From an uncultured delta proteobacterium (GTDB taxonomy: Bacteria > Desulfobacterota > RBG-13-43-22), in the NCBI GenBank assembly GCA_963790475.1, contig CAWBOS010000013.1, positions 288,001-352,000 of the forward strand: 64,000 bases of DNA. Reading direction: 5' to 3'. Each line of letters opens with the position of its first letter. The stretch's first letter is position 1. Below the pieces are notes generated by a model. That model made no database searches and was not told where the DNA came from. It was given only the letters and a program-made list of their open reading frames with translations. Below are positions 1-10,291 of the stretch, piece by piece. The position numbers were made by a program, and so were the translations under genes.

Positions 1-197
1 AGGTGACCCATTGCTACCATCGACGGCCTGAAGGAAATTGGAATTATAATCTTTTTACCATGATTCATGGGGCCGGAGAAGAAGCCTGCCATCGCTTAGC
101 TGAAAGGATATCCCGAGCGACCGGAGTAGTTGATTATAAGTTGCTTTTCAGTCAGAGGGAATTGAAGAAGACCACCATGAGGTATTTTTATGAATAA
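1..197 (+). CDS. ahbB: Siroheme decarboxylase subunit (AhbB/NirH-like, Lrp/AsnC fold), 5'-truncated by window edge
   Basis: THCYHRR...WNYNLFTMIHG...LFSQRELKKTTMRYF is the typical AhbB C-terminus; directly upstream of hemL. Confidence 0.8.
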   Translation, partial: VTHCYHRRPEGNWNYNLFTMIHGAGEEACHRLAERISRATGVVDYKLLFSQRELKKTTMRYFYE

Positions 198-1488
198 CCG
201 TTGGCCGAAATCAGAAAGGCTCTTTGTACGGGGGCAGACCGTCATCCCCGGAGGGGTCAATAGTCCGGTCCGGGCCGCCAGGGCCGTAGGCACCATCCCT
301 TTGTTTATCAACCGGGGCCAAGGCTCGAAGATCTTTGATGTGGATGGAAACTCTTATATTGATTATGTGGGATCCTGGGGCCCGCTGATCCTGGGGCATG
401 CGCATCCGCTGGTGGTGGAAGCTGTCAAGCGGGCCGCCGAGATGGGAACCAGCTTTGGGGCCCCGACCGAGACCGAGATCGAACTCGCCGAACGGATCGT
501 GGGCTGTGTCCCTGGCATAGAAATGGTTCGATTGGTCACCTCCGGAACCGAGGCCACCATGAGCGCCGTCCGTTTGGCCCGGGCCTACACCAACCGGTCT
601 TTAATCATCAAGTTTGACGGTTGTTATCACGGGCACGGAGACAGTTTTCTGATCAAGGCCGGTTCAGGGGTAGCCACCCTGGGCATTCCCGGCAGTCCGG
701 GGGTTCCACAAGAAATCGCCTCTCTGACCCTTTCGCTGCCCTATAATAATTTGAATAAAGTCCGGGAGACCTTCAGGACCTTAGGGGATCGGGTGGCGGC
801 GGTGATCGTGGAACCTGTGGCCGGCAATATGGGCGTAGTACCGCCTGTTCCCGGTTTTTTAGAAGGGGTCCGGGAAGAAACCCTTCGGCATCAATCCCTG
901 TTGATTTTTGATGAGGTCATAACCGGGTTTCGAGTGGCCCTCGGAGGGGCACAAGAACTTTTTCAAATCAAGCCCGATTTGACCTGCCTGGGCAAAATTA
1001 TCGGCGGAGGTTTGCCGGTCGGGGCTTACGGCGGGAAGAAAGAGATCATGTCCTTTATAGCCCCGGAAGGCCCGGTCTATCAGGCCGGGACCCTCTCCGG
1101 CAATCCTCTGGCCACAGCCGCCGGATTGGCGGCTTTGACTGTCCTTTCTCAAGAAGGGATTTATGAACAATTGGAGGAGAAGGCCGCCTTCTTTTTTAAC
1201 CGGCTGAACCAGCAGGCCCAATCCAAGGGGATACCTTTCATCACCACTCGTCTGGGGTCAATGGGCAGTCTTTTCTTTTCTCGGGATGACATCCGCGACT
1301 ATGCCTCGGTTCAAAAGGCTTCTTCGGAAATCTACGCCCGCTTCTACCGGGAAATGCGTTCCCGCGGGGTCTATCTGGCCCCATCGGCCTTTGAGGCTTT
1401 GTTCATTTCTCTGGCTCATTCCCGGGAAGATCTGGAAAAAACCCTGGCCGCAGCCGATGAGGTTTTTGACCTTTTAGTACAAAAGTAG
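190..1488 (+). CDS. hemL: Glutamate-1-semialdehyde 2,1-aminomutase
   Basis: PGGVNSPVRA, SGTEATMSAVRLARA, FDEVITGFR, GKIIGGGLPVGAYGG motifs. Confidence 0.97.
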   Translation: MNNRWPKSERLFVRGQTVIPGGVNSPVRAARAVGTIPLFINRGQGSKIFDVDGNSYIDYVGSWGPLILGHAHPLVVEAVKRAAEMGTSFGAPTETEIELAERIVGCVPGIEMVRLVTSGTEATMSAVRLARAYTNRSLIIKFDGCYHGHGDSFLIKAGSGVATLGIPGSPGVPQEIASLTLSLPYNNLNKVRETFRTLGDRVAAVIVEPVAGNMGVVPPVPGFLEGVREETLRHQSLLIFDEVITGFRVALGGAQELFQIKPDLTCLGKIIGGGLPVGAYGGKKEIMSFIAPEGPVYQAGTLSGNPLATAAGLAALTVLSQEGIYEQLEEKAAFFFNRLNQQAQSKGIPFITTRLGSMGSLFFSRDDIRDYASVQKASSEIYARFYREMRSRGVYLAPSAFEALFISLAHSREDLEKTLAAADEVFDLLVQK

Positions 1489-1511
1489 GGATTAATCCGG
1501 CACGCAGGCGG

Positions 1512-1580
1512 AAGGGATTCGAAGGTCCAAAGGTTTTAATTTCTGACTTATCATTTGAACCTTTGATTCTCGAACCCCTT
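1512..1580. repeat. Intergenic imperfect inverted repeat built of ~8-mer units
   Basis: AAGGGATTCGAAGGTCCAAAGGTT ... AACCTTTGATTCTCGAACCCCTT; similar units to 12625-12712. Confidence 0.6.
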
Positions 1581-1682
1581 AAAAAGGCCATCTGTCCTCT
1601 TGCCTTTCGTTCCATTTTTCTCCTTGACCGTGCCTTTGTCTTTGCCTATACTCCATCCCCAAAAAAGGAAATTTTTATCAAA

Positions 1683-3062
1683 ATGATCAAACCGTCTTCT
1701 CCAAAGGTCTTGTTGCTCAATCCTCCCGGAGACCGCAATTATGGCCGCGACTACTACTGCAGCAAAGTCAACAAAGCCAATTACGTCGAACACCCGGTTG
1801 ATTTTGTTTATTTAACGGGAATATTAGAACAGCAGGTGGAATACCTCATCATCGACTCTATTGTAGATAAACTGGATCCCGCGGAATGTTTAAAACGCGT
1901 TCTCGATTTTCACCCGGATGTGATCATTTTCTTGAGTGGATGGGTTTCCTGGATCAAGGACTTTCCCTTTCTGAAATCGGTCAAACAGCATTTGCCGTCC
2001 AGCCGCTTGATCGGGATGGGAGATCTTTTTTTGGATCGGGACGTTTTCTTGAAACACGAGTGGATCGATGGGGTCCTTTATGATTTTCGCAATGGCGATA
2101 TCCTTGAATATCTGAGCGGGAATGTTGAGGGCGTGACCAATATGTTGGTCCGGCATCAAGGGAACCTCATCGAAAGAAAATTGGCCAAAAACCAGGGTCT
2201 GAAAACTTTCCGGTCTTCGCTGCCGCGGCATGAATTGTTTCTGGAACACGCCTACTCCTTTCCCTTCGCCAAACGACTTCCCTTCGTTACCGTTCTAACG
2301 GATTTCGGCTGCCCGTTTCGATGCCGGTTTTGTGCCTATTCTGAAATTGGTTATCGGACAGGAGACCTTTCGGAAGTTTTTAAGGAGCTGGAACACATCC
2401 ACTCCCTCGGAGTACGGGAGATATTCTTTAAAGATCAGACTTTTTGCATCGACCGCCGGCGTGGAGAAGCCCTCTGCCGCTTCATGATTGAGAAAAATCT
2501 GGACCTTTCCTGGACTTGCTTTCTCCGGGTTACCCAGGCGACACCCGATTTCCTGAAGCTGCTCAAGGAGGCCGGCTGCCACACCATTATCTTCGGGATA
2601 GAAACAGCCAGTCAGGAGGAGCTCGACCGCTATCAAAAACAAACCTCCATCGAGGAGATTCGACGGGCCATTCGAGCCGCACGGCAAGCGGGCATTCGCT
2701 CGGTCGGCACCTTTATCCTGGGATTCCCCAATGAGGACTCCACCAGCATCCAAAACACCATTCGGTTTGCTTTAGAACTGGATCCGGACTATGCCGCTTT
2801 CAACACCTATGTCCCGAAGACGGAAGCGATGGGATTCGACCCCTCGCTGAATAACAGATATGATCAATCCGGGATTGAAAGTAACACCGATGGCGGCAAC
2901 GGTATTCTCACGGGGCAGGAGATCAGTTATTGGCGGCGGCAGGCCGTAAGACGTTTTTATCTGCGGCCGCGTTACCTTCTACGACAATTGATGCGGATGA
3001 AATCCGGCGTTGAACTCAAAATGCACCTGAAAAGTTTCTTGTTTGTTATGAAGTCGTCCTGA
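1683..3062 (+). CDS. Radical SAM protein with probable N-terminal cobalamin-binding domain
   Basis: CPFRCRFC (CxxxCxxC), KVLLLNPP N-terminus, AGC..I.FGIET and FILGFPNE motifs; start placed at ATG 1683 (ORF track starts at 1563). Confidence 0.85.
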   Translation: MIKPSSPKVLLLNPPGDRNYGRDYYCSKVNKANYVEHPVDFVYLTGILEQQVEYLIIDSIVDKLDPAECLKRVLDFHPDVIIFLSGWVSWIKDFPFLKSVKQHLPSSRLIGMGDLFLDRDVFLKHEWIDGVLYDFRNGDILEYLSGNVEGVTNMLVRHQGNLIERKLAKNQGLKTFRSSLPRHELFLEHAYSFPFAKRLPFVTVLTDFGCPFRCRFCAYSEIGYRTGDLSEVFKELEHIHSLGVREIFFKDQTFCIDRRRGEALCRFMIEKNLDLSWTCFLRVTQATPDFLKLLKEAGCHTIIFGIETASQEELDRYQKQTSIEEIRRAIRAARQAGIRSVGTFILGFPNEDSTSIQNTIRFALELDPDYAAFNTYVPKTEAMGFDPSLNNRYDQSGIESNTDGGNGILTGQEISYWRRQAVRRFYLRPRYLLRQLMRMKSGVELKMHLKSFLFVMKSS

Positions 3063-3079
3063 AAGAACTGAAAAGGCCA

Positions 3080-4669
3080 TCAAGATCCTGCCCGTATGTC
3101 CCCGGATTTCGGCGGTATCCAGCGCAGTCCCCCTTTAAAGCCGTAAGCGCGATAAAGAAAAAAGGTTTTCACTATCTGCTTTTGATCTCCGGCCCCCGAC
3201 GGCCCTACAGAAGACCGGAAAATATCCAGCTTTACCGGCGGATCCACATGTTCGAAAACCTCCTTTAAACGCCCCCAATGACTGATGCTGTCATAGGTCA
3301 CGCCGACGGCGTCCCAGCCCATCACATCTTTATCCTGCCACCAGTAGTCATAGACGTTGGGACGGGACCAGCGATTAATGGAGACGGTTCGGGGTTGAGT
3401 GGGGGTGTAAAAAGCCAGTTCGCTGGCCGTCTGGTAGTCTAAACCAAAAATAAAGGTATGCCTGGGATGGGGCATGGTCTGGACCAGGTCTGAGGTTTTC
3501 AAGCCCAACTCCCGCCATCCGCCAAGTTCGATGGCCATGCGGTCCAGATACATCGGCAGAGGCAGAAACGGCCATACCGTTTGCACCAATACCAGGGCTG
3601 TGAGAGCATACGAGGTGCCCACAGCCCAGAAGTATAAACGGCGGCCCCGGCCTTGTTTCTTTTCCCCCCAAATCCTCCTCGGCTTGCCCCCGTATAATGT
3701 GACCGTTAAAACCAGGGCGGTCAGATACGCGGCGCCCGGCCAGTTGCCATATACCCGGCTGTGCAAGCTCAAAAGGGCGAAAAAAGCAAACATCGGCAGG
3801 GAGGTATAAACGAGATAGGGATAAATCCACTCATTTGGGGGATAACGTTTTAGAATCACAGCCCCCCAGCCCATCAAAATTAAGATGAACACGATCGGCG
3901 ACAGTAGCCCGGCCTGAGAAGCCAGGTAATCCCCGATAAATTCCCAGTGGATGGCCAACAAAGCCTCGTCGCTGCCGCCAAGATGGCTTACATGACGCAG
4001 GGAATTCCAGCCGTGGGTGGCATTCCAGATAACAACCGGCAGAAACATCAGCACCCCGATTAAGCTTCCCACATAGGGCCGGATGCTGACCAGGCGGCGG
4101 CGGTGCAGCCGGGAGAATAAACCATAACCCAAAGCCGCCGGCAGAAAAATGATCATGGTATATTTGCTGAGCATGCCCACCCCGAACCATAGTCCGCTGA
4201 TCAGCCATTGGCCCCAGCCATTGTTCTCATAGGCCCGGGCCACATGATAGGCGGCAGCGGCCCAGGCCGCTGCCTGCAACCCGTCAGAGGTGGCCAACAA
4301 TCCGCCCACATTCAGAGCCAGGATCCCCTGGGTGATCAGGGCGGTTTGAAAGGCCGCTCGAGAATCCACCCAGCGGGCGGCCATGCTTACCAGATAGAGG
4401 GAGGCAACGGCTATGGCGATGACCGACGGTAAACGCACAGCCAGTTCAGTATTTCCCAAAAAATAACTGCTGAGCGAAATGGCCCAGGCGATCATAGGGG
4501 ATTGGTCATAGTATCCCCAGGCTAAATAACGACTCCACTGCCAGTAATTGGCTTCATCGGGGGCCAACGGAAAAAAATTGGCGTAGATCAATCTGAAAAA
4601 AGTAAAACCCAGTACCCAAGCCCAGGCCAGGGCAAGATCGTTTCGGTTGGTTTTCGTGGTCAGAGGCAT
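3080..4669 (-). CDS. GT-C membrane glycosyltransferase (ArnT/PMT-like, family 39/83)
   Basis: PDEANYWQWSRYLAWGYYDQSPMIAW, ELAVRLPS, GMLSKYT motifs; many TM segments. Confidence 0.85.
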   Translation of the reverse strand: MPLTTKTNRNDLALAWAWVLGFTFFRLIYANFFPLAPDEANYWQWSRYLAWGYYDQSPMIAWAISLSSYFLGNTELAVRLPSVIAIAVASLYLVSMAARWVDSRAAFQTALITQGILALNVGGLLATSDGLQAAAWAAAAYHVARAYENNGWGQWLISGLWFGVGMLSKYTMIIFLPAALGYGLFSRLHRRRLVSIRPYVGSLIGVLMFLPVVIWNATHGWNSLRHVSHLGGSDEALLAIHWEFIGDYLASQAGLLSPIVFILILMGWGAVILKRYPPNEWIYPYLVYTSLPMFAFFALLSLHSRVYGNWPGAAYLTALVLTVTLYGGKPRRIWGEKKQGRGRRLYFWAVGTSYALTALVLVQTVWPFLPLPMYLDRMAIELGGWRELGLKTSDLVQTMPHPRHTFIFGLDYQTASELAFYTPTQPRTVSINRWSRPNVYDYWWQDKDVMGWDAVGVTYDSISHWGRLKEVFEHVDPPVKLDIFRSSVGPSGAGDQKQIVKTFFLYRAYGFKGGLRWIPPKSGDIRAGS

Positions 4670-5036
4670 GCTACTCCTGTCCCAAGCATACGGTATCCCT
4701 CTTGAACTCTGAGGTAGTCGTTTTTTTCTCTTTTATCATAGGTCGCCTCCAAACGCTCTTTTTTTTATCATACTTTTCTAAGGCGTCTACCGTTACTTTA
4801 CCAGCTCAGGTCGCGTTATGCAAAAAAAAGAGAGCAGCGGATTTTTGTTTTTAAATTTCAGACCGGTAAAGATCCTTTTTATTCGGAGAATCCCTCTGTC
4901 TCCTGACTTTCGCCCCTTTTTCTTCTTGATCCCGTCTTTTCCTTGATCTATACTCTTCCTTCAAAAAGCAGGCTCTTATCAACCACCGATCTGTAAGACT
5001 TTTAACGATTTCATCAAACTTGCATCACCCAGGACC

Positions 5037-5873
5037 TTGCCCGTGGAAGAAAAACATCATCCGACGGTTTCTTGTTACATCCTCGCCTTTAATGAAAAGG
5101 AGAAGATCACTGAGGCCATTGGCAGCGTGCAGTGGGCCGACGAAATCGTGGTGGCCGACTCAAACAGCACCGATGGTACCACCGAAATCGCCCGTTCCCT
5201 CGGCGCGCGGGTAATCCAAATCCCATTTTCCGGATATGGCGATCTGCGCAATCGCGCCATGTCGGCCTGCCGGGGAGAGTGGATCTTCAGCCTGGATGCC
5301 GATGAACGCTGCACTATTGAAGCACAGGAGGAGATGCTGGCTATCGTCCATTCGCCCCAAGCGCTGGACGCCTATTATGTGCCCCGCAAAAATTTCTTCA
5401 TGGGCCGTTGGATCAAGCATTCGGGATACTACCCCGACTATCGCCAGCCCCAACTGTTTCGCAAAGGGGTGCTGACCTTCCGATCGGACCCTGTGCACGA
5501 GGCCTTTGATTTGTCTTCCACCCGCATCGGTTATCTGAAAAACGCCATCTGGCAGTTTCCCTTCAAGGATTTGGAGCAGATCATCCATAAATGCAATCGC
5601 TACTCCACGTTAGGCGCCGAAAAGCTGGATGCCCAGGGAAGACGCGCCGGTATCGGAACGGCCCTGGGTCACGGCCTGTGGGCCTTTAATCACCAATACC
5701 TGATCAAACTGGGTTTCCTGGATGGCTGGCCGGGCTTTGTTCTGGCGCTGAGCCATTTTGAAGCCACTTTCTATAAGTATGCCAAACTCTATGTGCGCCA
5801 GTCCCGATGGCCCTGGCCAGGCATCCAGCCGGCCGACTCAGCCAACGCACCAACGGATAAGCGCAATGGCTGA
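5037..5873 (+). CDS. Glycosyltransferase family 2 (LPS core, KdtX/WaaE-like)
   Basis: ADEIVVADSNSTDGT, WIFSLDADE, YPDY, VHE, GFLDGWPG. Confidence 0.88.
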   Translation: MPVEEKHHPTVSCYILAFNEKEKITEAIGSVQWADEIVVADSNSTDGTTEIARSLGARVIQIPFSGYGDLRNRAMSACRGEWIFSLDADERCTIEAQEEMLAIVHSPQALDAYYVPRKNFFMGRWIKHSGYYPDYRQPQLFRKGVLTFRSDPVHEAFDLSSTRIGYLKNAIWQFPFKDLEQIIHKCNRYSTLGAEKLDAQGRRAGIGTALGHGLWAFNHQYLIKLGFLDGWPGFVLALSHFEATFYKYAKLYVRQSRWPWPGIQPADSANAPTDKRNG

Positions 5874-6019
5874 AGAAGATATCTCCTTTATTTTCAGAAA
5901 CGGGAATGCCCGGGTCTCGCTGCTGCCACTAATGAAATCCAGCCGGCACATGGTTTCCGGAAGAAATGCCGGAGGTCCCTTTCCCCCTAAGCGCCAGGAT
6001 AAAGACGGGAAAATGCGCC

Positions 6020-7177
6020 GTGGGTAACCGTCCAATAAAAATAGCCGTGGTGGTTCCACGCTACGGTCGCGTGGGCGGGGGTGAACGGTTCGTCATGGCC
6101 TTGACCGAACAGCTTGCCGCCATCAACGGCCTGGAAATGCATGTCTTTGCCAACCGCTGGGATACGCACAGCACCGGCGTGCACTTTCATAAGGTGCCGA
6201 TCATCAAATTCCCGCGCTTTTTGACCACCATCAGCTTCGCCTTTTTTGCCAATAAACGTATTGCCGCGGCGAACATGGACTTGATTCACACCCATGACCG
6301 CATCCTAAACGCTGATCTTTTTACGGCCCACGGCCTTCCCCATTCCACCTGGATACGGGAAGTACGTCGCAAACGCCCCAGCCTGTTCGATCGAACGACG
6401 GCCTGGGTCGAGCGGCGATTGGTTATGAGCGCCCGCTGCCGCCGGATTATGCCGGTATCCACCCTGGTCCAGGAGAAGATGATCGCAGCCTTCCCGGGCA
6501 TCGTCGAAGATAAAATCCGGGTGATTACACCAGGGGTGGATAAGACCCCCTTCGATGCCTTAAACCGCCACGAATGCCGCGCCCGGATACGACCTCAATT
6601 CGGCATCGCCGAATCCGATCGGGTCATACTCTTCGTGGGAATGAATTTCGAAGTCAAGGGGTTGGCGGCCCTTATGGCCGCCTTGGGACAACTCAAAAAA
6701 ATCCAGCCCGGGGTTGCGACCCGACTGCTGATCGTTGGCAAAGGCGACACCAAACGCTATCAGGGTCTCGCCAGGCAATTGGGCCTGGAAGAGGATGTTC
6801 TTTTTGCCGGCGTGTGGCGGGAAGAGATCGCGCCGCTCTATCTGGCCGCGGATCTGTTTGCCATGCTCTCAATCTACGACACCTTCGGATTGACGGTGTT
6901 GGAAGCCATGGCCGCGGGGCTGCCGGTCATCATCAGTCCCACGGTGGGCGCGCGGGATGTGGTGCGCAACGGCCAAAACGGCTATATCGTAGATCCCGGC
7001 CAAACCGAAGAAGTCAGCCGCCACCTGGCCATGGCCTTGGAAAGAAAAGAAAATGAACGCCTAGCCGGTTGTGCCCGGCAAACAGCCCAAGCCCATACCT
7101 GGTCGGCCATGGCCCGTAAGGTGGCCGGGATATATGAAGAATTGCTTCGCCCGGATGGAATCGAATATAACCCCTAA
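6020..7177 (+). CDS. Glycosyltransferase family 4 (WaaG/RfaG-like)
   Basis: GGGERF, KGL..L, DTFGLTVLEAMAAGLPVI; start uncertain (5966 or GTG 6020). Confidence 0.88.
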   Translation: MGNRPIKIAVVVPRYGRVGGGERFVMALTEQLAAINGLEMHVFANRWDTHSTGVHFHKVPIIKFPRFLTTISFAFFANKRIAAANMDLIHTHDRILNADLFTAHGLPHSTWIREVRRKRPSLFDRTTAWVERRLVMSARCRRIMPVSTLVQEKMIAAFPGIVEDKIRVITPGVDKTPFDALNRHECRARIRPQFGIAESDRVILFVGMNFEVKGLAALMAALGQLKKIQPGVATRLLIVGKGDTKRYQGLARQLGLEEDVLFAGVWREEIAPLYLAADLFAMLSIYDTFGLTVLEAMAAGLPVIISPTVGARDVVRNGQNGYIVDPGQTEEVSRHLAMALERKENERLAGCARQTAQAHTWSAMARKVAGIYEELLRPDGIEYNP

Positions 7178-7194
7178 GGAGGGAAATCAAAATT

Positions 7195-8295
7195 TTGGCA
7201 TCCCCGATGGTTAAAGGCGGCCCCCTAACATTCGAGAGCGTCCATCGGCTGCTTATCATCCAACTGGGTGATATTGGCGATGTTGTCCTTACTACTCCGA
7301 GTATAGTGGCCTTGCGGAAACGGTTTCCGCAGAGCGAAATAACCATAGCCGTGCGCGGTAAAGCCAAAGAACTCATGGACGATTGCCCTTTGGTCGACAA
7401 AGTAATAGTTGCGGATAAGGAAACGGGCCCCCTCCTTAAACAATGGACTGAGGTAAGGAGCCAAATCCGCACCCTGCGTAAAACCGGATTCGACCTGGCG
7501 ATCGATTTTCGCACCGGCACGCGTGGTGCCGTAACGGCCTGGCTCTCGGGCGCATCCCAGCGAATCGCTTTTTGCGCAGACAATGAAACATTCTGGCGTA
7601 ATTGGGCCTTTACCCATCTGGCGGATCTCCCTTATCAGGTAGGTACCTATGTGGCGGATTACTATCATCAGCTTCTACAGGTGGTTGGTCTTTCCGCCCA
7701 ACCCGGTCCGCTGCAGTTGTGGGTAGACCCCGGCAGACAGCGACGCGTGGATCATCTTTGCCAGGAGGCGGGATTCAACCCCCAATCCCCTTTTGCGGTC
7801 ATTCAACCCTTTTCCTTGTGGTCCTACAAAGAGCTGCCGCGGAACCACTATGTCCAACTTATTGAAGCGATTCATCGCCAATTTGACCTTCCGATGGTGA
7901 TCGTGGGCGCCCCCGCGGAAAGGGAAAAGGCCGAAGCGATCTTAGATCGCTGCCAAAGTAAAGCCTTTAATTTCGCCGGGAAGACCAGCATTGGCGAATT
8001 GGTGGCGCTGTTATCCCGCAGCCTTCTTTTTGTGGGCATCGACAGTTCCGGATTGCATATGGCCGCGGCGGTGGATTGCCCGACTGTGGGAATTTTTGGT
8101 CCTTCGGCCCCGGCCTCCTGGGCGCCTCGCGGGGAACAACATAAAGTTGTGCAACCCGACGAGCCTTGCGTCCCTTGTCGTAACAAGGGATGCGAGGATA
8201 CCGGAGTGAGCCAATGTCTACAACGGTGGCCGGTTGAAAATATCTTGACTGTAATTGAGGGGCAGTTGCATTCCTTGAAACACCACAGGGAATGA
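7195..8295 (+). CDS. Glycosyltransferase family 9 (LPS heptosyltransferase)
   Basis: IGDVVLTTPS, FDLAIDF, GKTSIGEL, DSSGLHMAAAV..PTVGIFGPS. Confidence 0.9.
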   Translation: MASPMVKGGPLTFESVHRLLIIQLGDIGDVVLTTPSIVALRKRFPQSEITIAVRGKAKELMDDCPLVDKVIVADKETGPLLKQWTEVRSQIRTLRKTGFDLAIDFRTGTRGAVTAWLSGASQRIAFCADNETFWRNWAFTHLADLPYQVGTYVADYYHQLLQVVGLSAQPGPLQLWVDPGRQRRVDHLCQEAGFNPQSPFAVIQPFSLWSYKELPRNHYVQLIEAIHRQFDLPMVIVGAPAEREKAEAILDRCQSKAFNFAGKTSIGELVALLSRSLLFVGIDSSGLHMAAAVDCPTVGIFGPSAPASWAPRGEQHKVVQPDEPCVPCRNKGCEDTGVSQCLQRWPVENILTVIEGQLHSLKHHRE

Positions 8296-8708
8296 GATAG
8301 ATTGGACGGCAAAGGATTTCGATTTCTGTCTCAACAGCCATCTCTTATTACTCGGGCATGTTGAGAGCGGATATCGCTTCTTTAAGGTCCGACTCGTGGG
8401 CCGGGGTCATTTCTCACCTCCAGTTATTTTGTTTCGGTCGTAGATTGACAAGGCCATTCATCGAGGGGCATGGATAATATCTAATTACGCCCTTCCCGAT
8501 CATCAGTCGCTGGTAATGGCGCCGCACACCTGGGGAGGGATTGCTCAGTTCCGGAAAGTCCGTTAATACCCTTATAATGATTTTTCACTAAGCAGGCAGT
8601 GTTAATATATCGAATGATGAGGGGCGCTTCTCCAACTCTTGGTCAAAGGTCGAAATAAAGGTCAACGATTATAATTTGAAAGGGACGCCCAGCGAAGCCG
8701 AACCCATT

Positions 8709-9986
8709 CTAACCCAATCTTCTATTCTTTTGTTTATTTTCATACATGACCTTATCCGCCTGAGCCAGCAGGACGTCGATGGAACAGGGATTTTGGGAAT
8801 TAAAACAGGTAATGCCGAAGGTCAGGGAGAGCGCAAAGGGACGCTTTGTCTGGAGATGATGGTCATTCAAGACCTTCTCGAAGCGCTCAACCAATTTTTC
8901 AGACGAAGTCTCATGGCCGTTCATGGCCAGGATGACAAATTCATCACCTCCTATGCGGGCGATGATATCCGATTCCCGAAAAGTTTCTTTAAGTACCTGT
9001 GAAATAATCACCAAAGCTTGGTCCCCTTCTTTATGGCCGAAGGTATCATTAATACCCTTCAAATTATCCAAGTCTCCGAAAATGAGTATCATCTCCGATC
9101 CCATCCGTTCGGCCGTTTTCAAAGCCTGTTCGGCCAGGGTAAAGAATCCCCGGCGGTTAAAGAGGCCGGTCAGGTCATCTTTAAGGGACAAGGTCTTGAG
9201 AGCTTCTTCGGCCTGCTTGCGCTCGGTAATGTCACGGCCAATCCCCAGGACCGAATGGGGCTGACCATTATGATGGATAATGGAGGCCTTGGTTTCCACA
9301 GTTACATAGCTGCCGTCCTTGCGCTTTAATTTATATTCGCATAATTCTTTCTGAAAGCCGGTCTGTAATATCTCATTGAAATCTTTTAGTCCCCTGGAGA
9401 GATCATCTTCGCTTAACAAAGACGCAATACTAAGACGGTCAATATCTGCTCTTTCATAGCCCAACATATTCAAGGCCGCCTGGTTGGCATCGACGAACGC
9501 CCCCTCAAGATCGACGATATATACGGCGTCATGGGAGCGGTCAAACAGGGCGATGAAGCGCTCATTGCTTTCCTTAAGTTGTTTTTCTGCCAGCCTCCGC
9601 ACCCGTCTTTCCCCGGCCTCTATCAACTCCCGCTCAATCGCGGGAATAAGGCGATACAGGTTGTCCTTCATGATATAGTCATTAGCGCCGGCTTTCATAG
9701 CCTCCACGGCGGTCTCTTCCCCGATGGCACCGGATACGATGATGAGAGGGATGTCCAGTCCGGTATCCTTAAACATTTCAATGACGGCAAGACCGTTGAA
9801 GGTTGGAAGCTTATAATCGCACAGGATCACGTCCCACCGCTTTTCCCGAAGGGCAGAGCGAATAATCTCGATTGTTTCCACCCGTTCATATATCGGATCA
9901 TACCCCCCCTTTTGAAGCTCACGGATAAGCAGCAGAGCATCATCCTCTGAATCCTCAATCAATAAAACTCGAAGGGGCTCTCCCAT
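8709..9986 (-). CDS. Response regulator receiver + PAS + GGDEF diguanylate cyclase
   Basis: VLLIEDSEDD receiver, PAS (DANQAALNMLGY...RDITERK), DDLTGLFNRR and RIGGDEF. Confidence 0.92.
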   Translation of the reverse strand: MGEPLRVLLIEDSEDDALLLIRELQKGGYDPIYERVETIEIIRSALREKRWDVILCDYKLPTFNGLAVIEMFKDTGLDIPLIIVSGAIGEETAVEAMKAGANDYIMKDNLYRLIPAIERELIEAGERRVRRLAEKQLKESNERFIALFDRSHDAVYIVDLEGAFVDANQAALNMLGYERADIDRLSIASLLSEDDLSRGLKDFNEILQTGFQKELCEYKLKRKDGSYVTVETKASIIHHNGQPHSVLGIGRDITERKQAEEALKTLSLKDDLTGLFNRRGFFTLAEQALKTAERMGSEMILIFGDLDNLKGINDTFGHKEGDQALVIISQVLKETFRESDIIARIGGDEFVILAMNGHETSSEKLVERFEKVLNDHHLQTKRPFALSLTFGITCFNSQNPCSIDVLLAQADKVMYENKQKNRRLG

Positions 9987-10291
9987 TTTCTTTCTCCTTA
10001 CCCCCCAAGGGGGCCGGCTCATTCCGGGGAGCCCAAAAAGGCCGAAGAATTTGGCGGCACCCGGAACTGTTCAAAATCAAGGGGCTCTCGGGCCTAACTT
10101 TTGGCCCGGTTTTTACCCTTCGATCACGTTCTTCTGATCTATGGATGATGTAATGAAAAACCCCACCTCTATTTTGAAAAACGGGGATTATTCCATCAGC
10201 ACTCCTTGTTTAAGGGTAGTCAGCACTAAAACAGTTTAATTTTACATAGAAATTTCTATCCCGTCCCCATCAATAAGTCAACTAAAATCCT

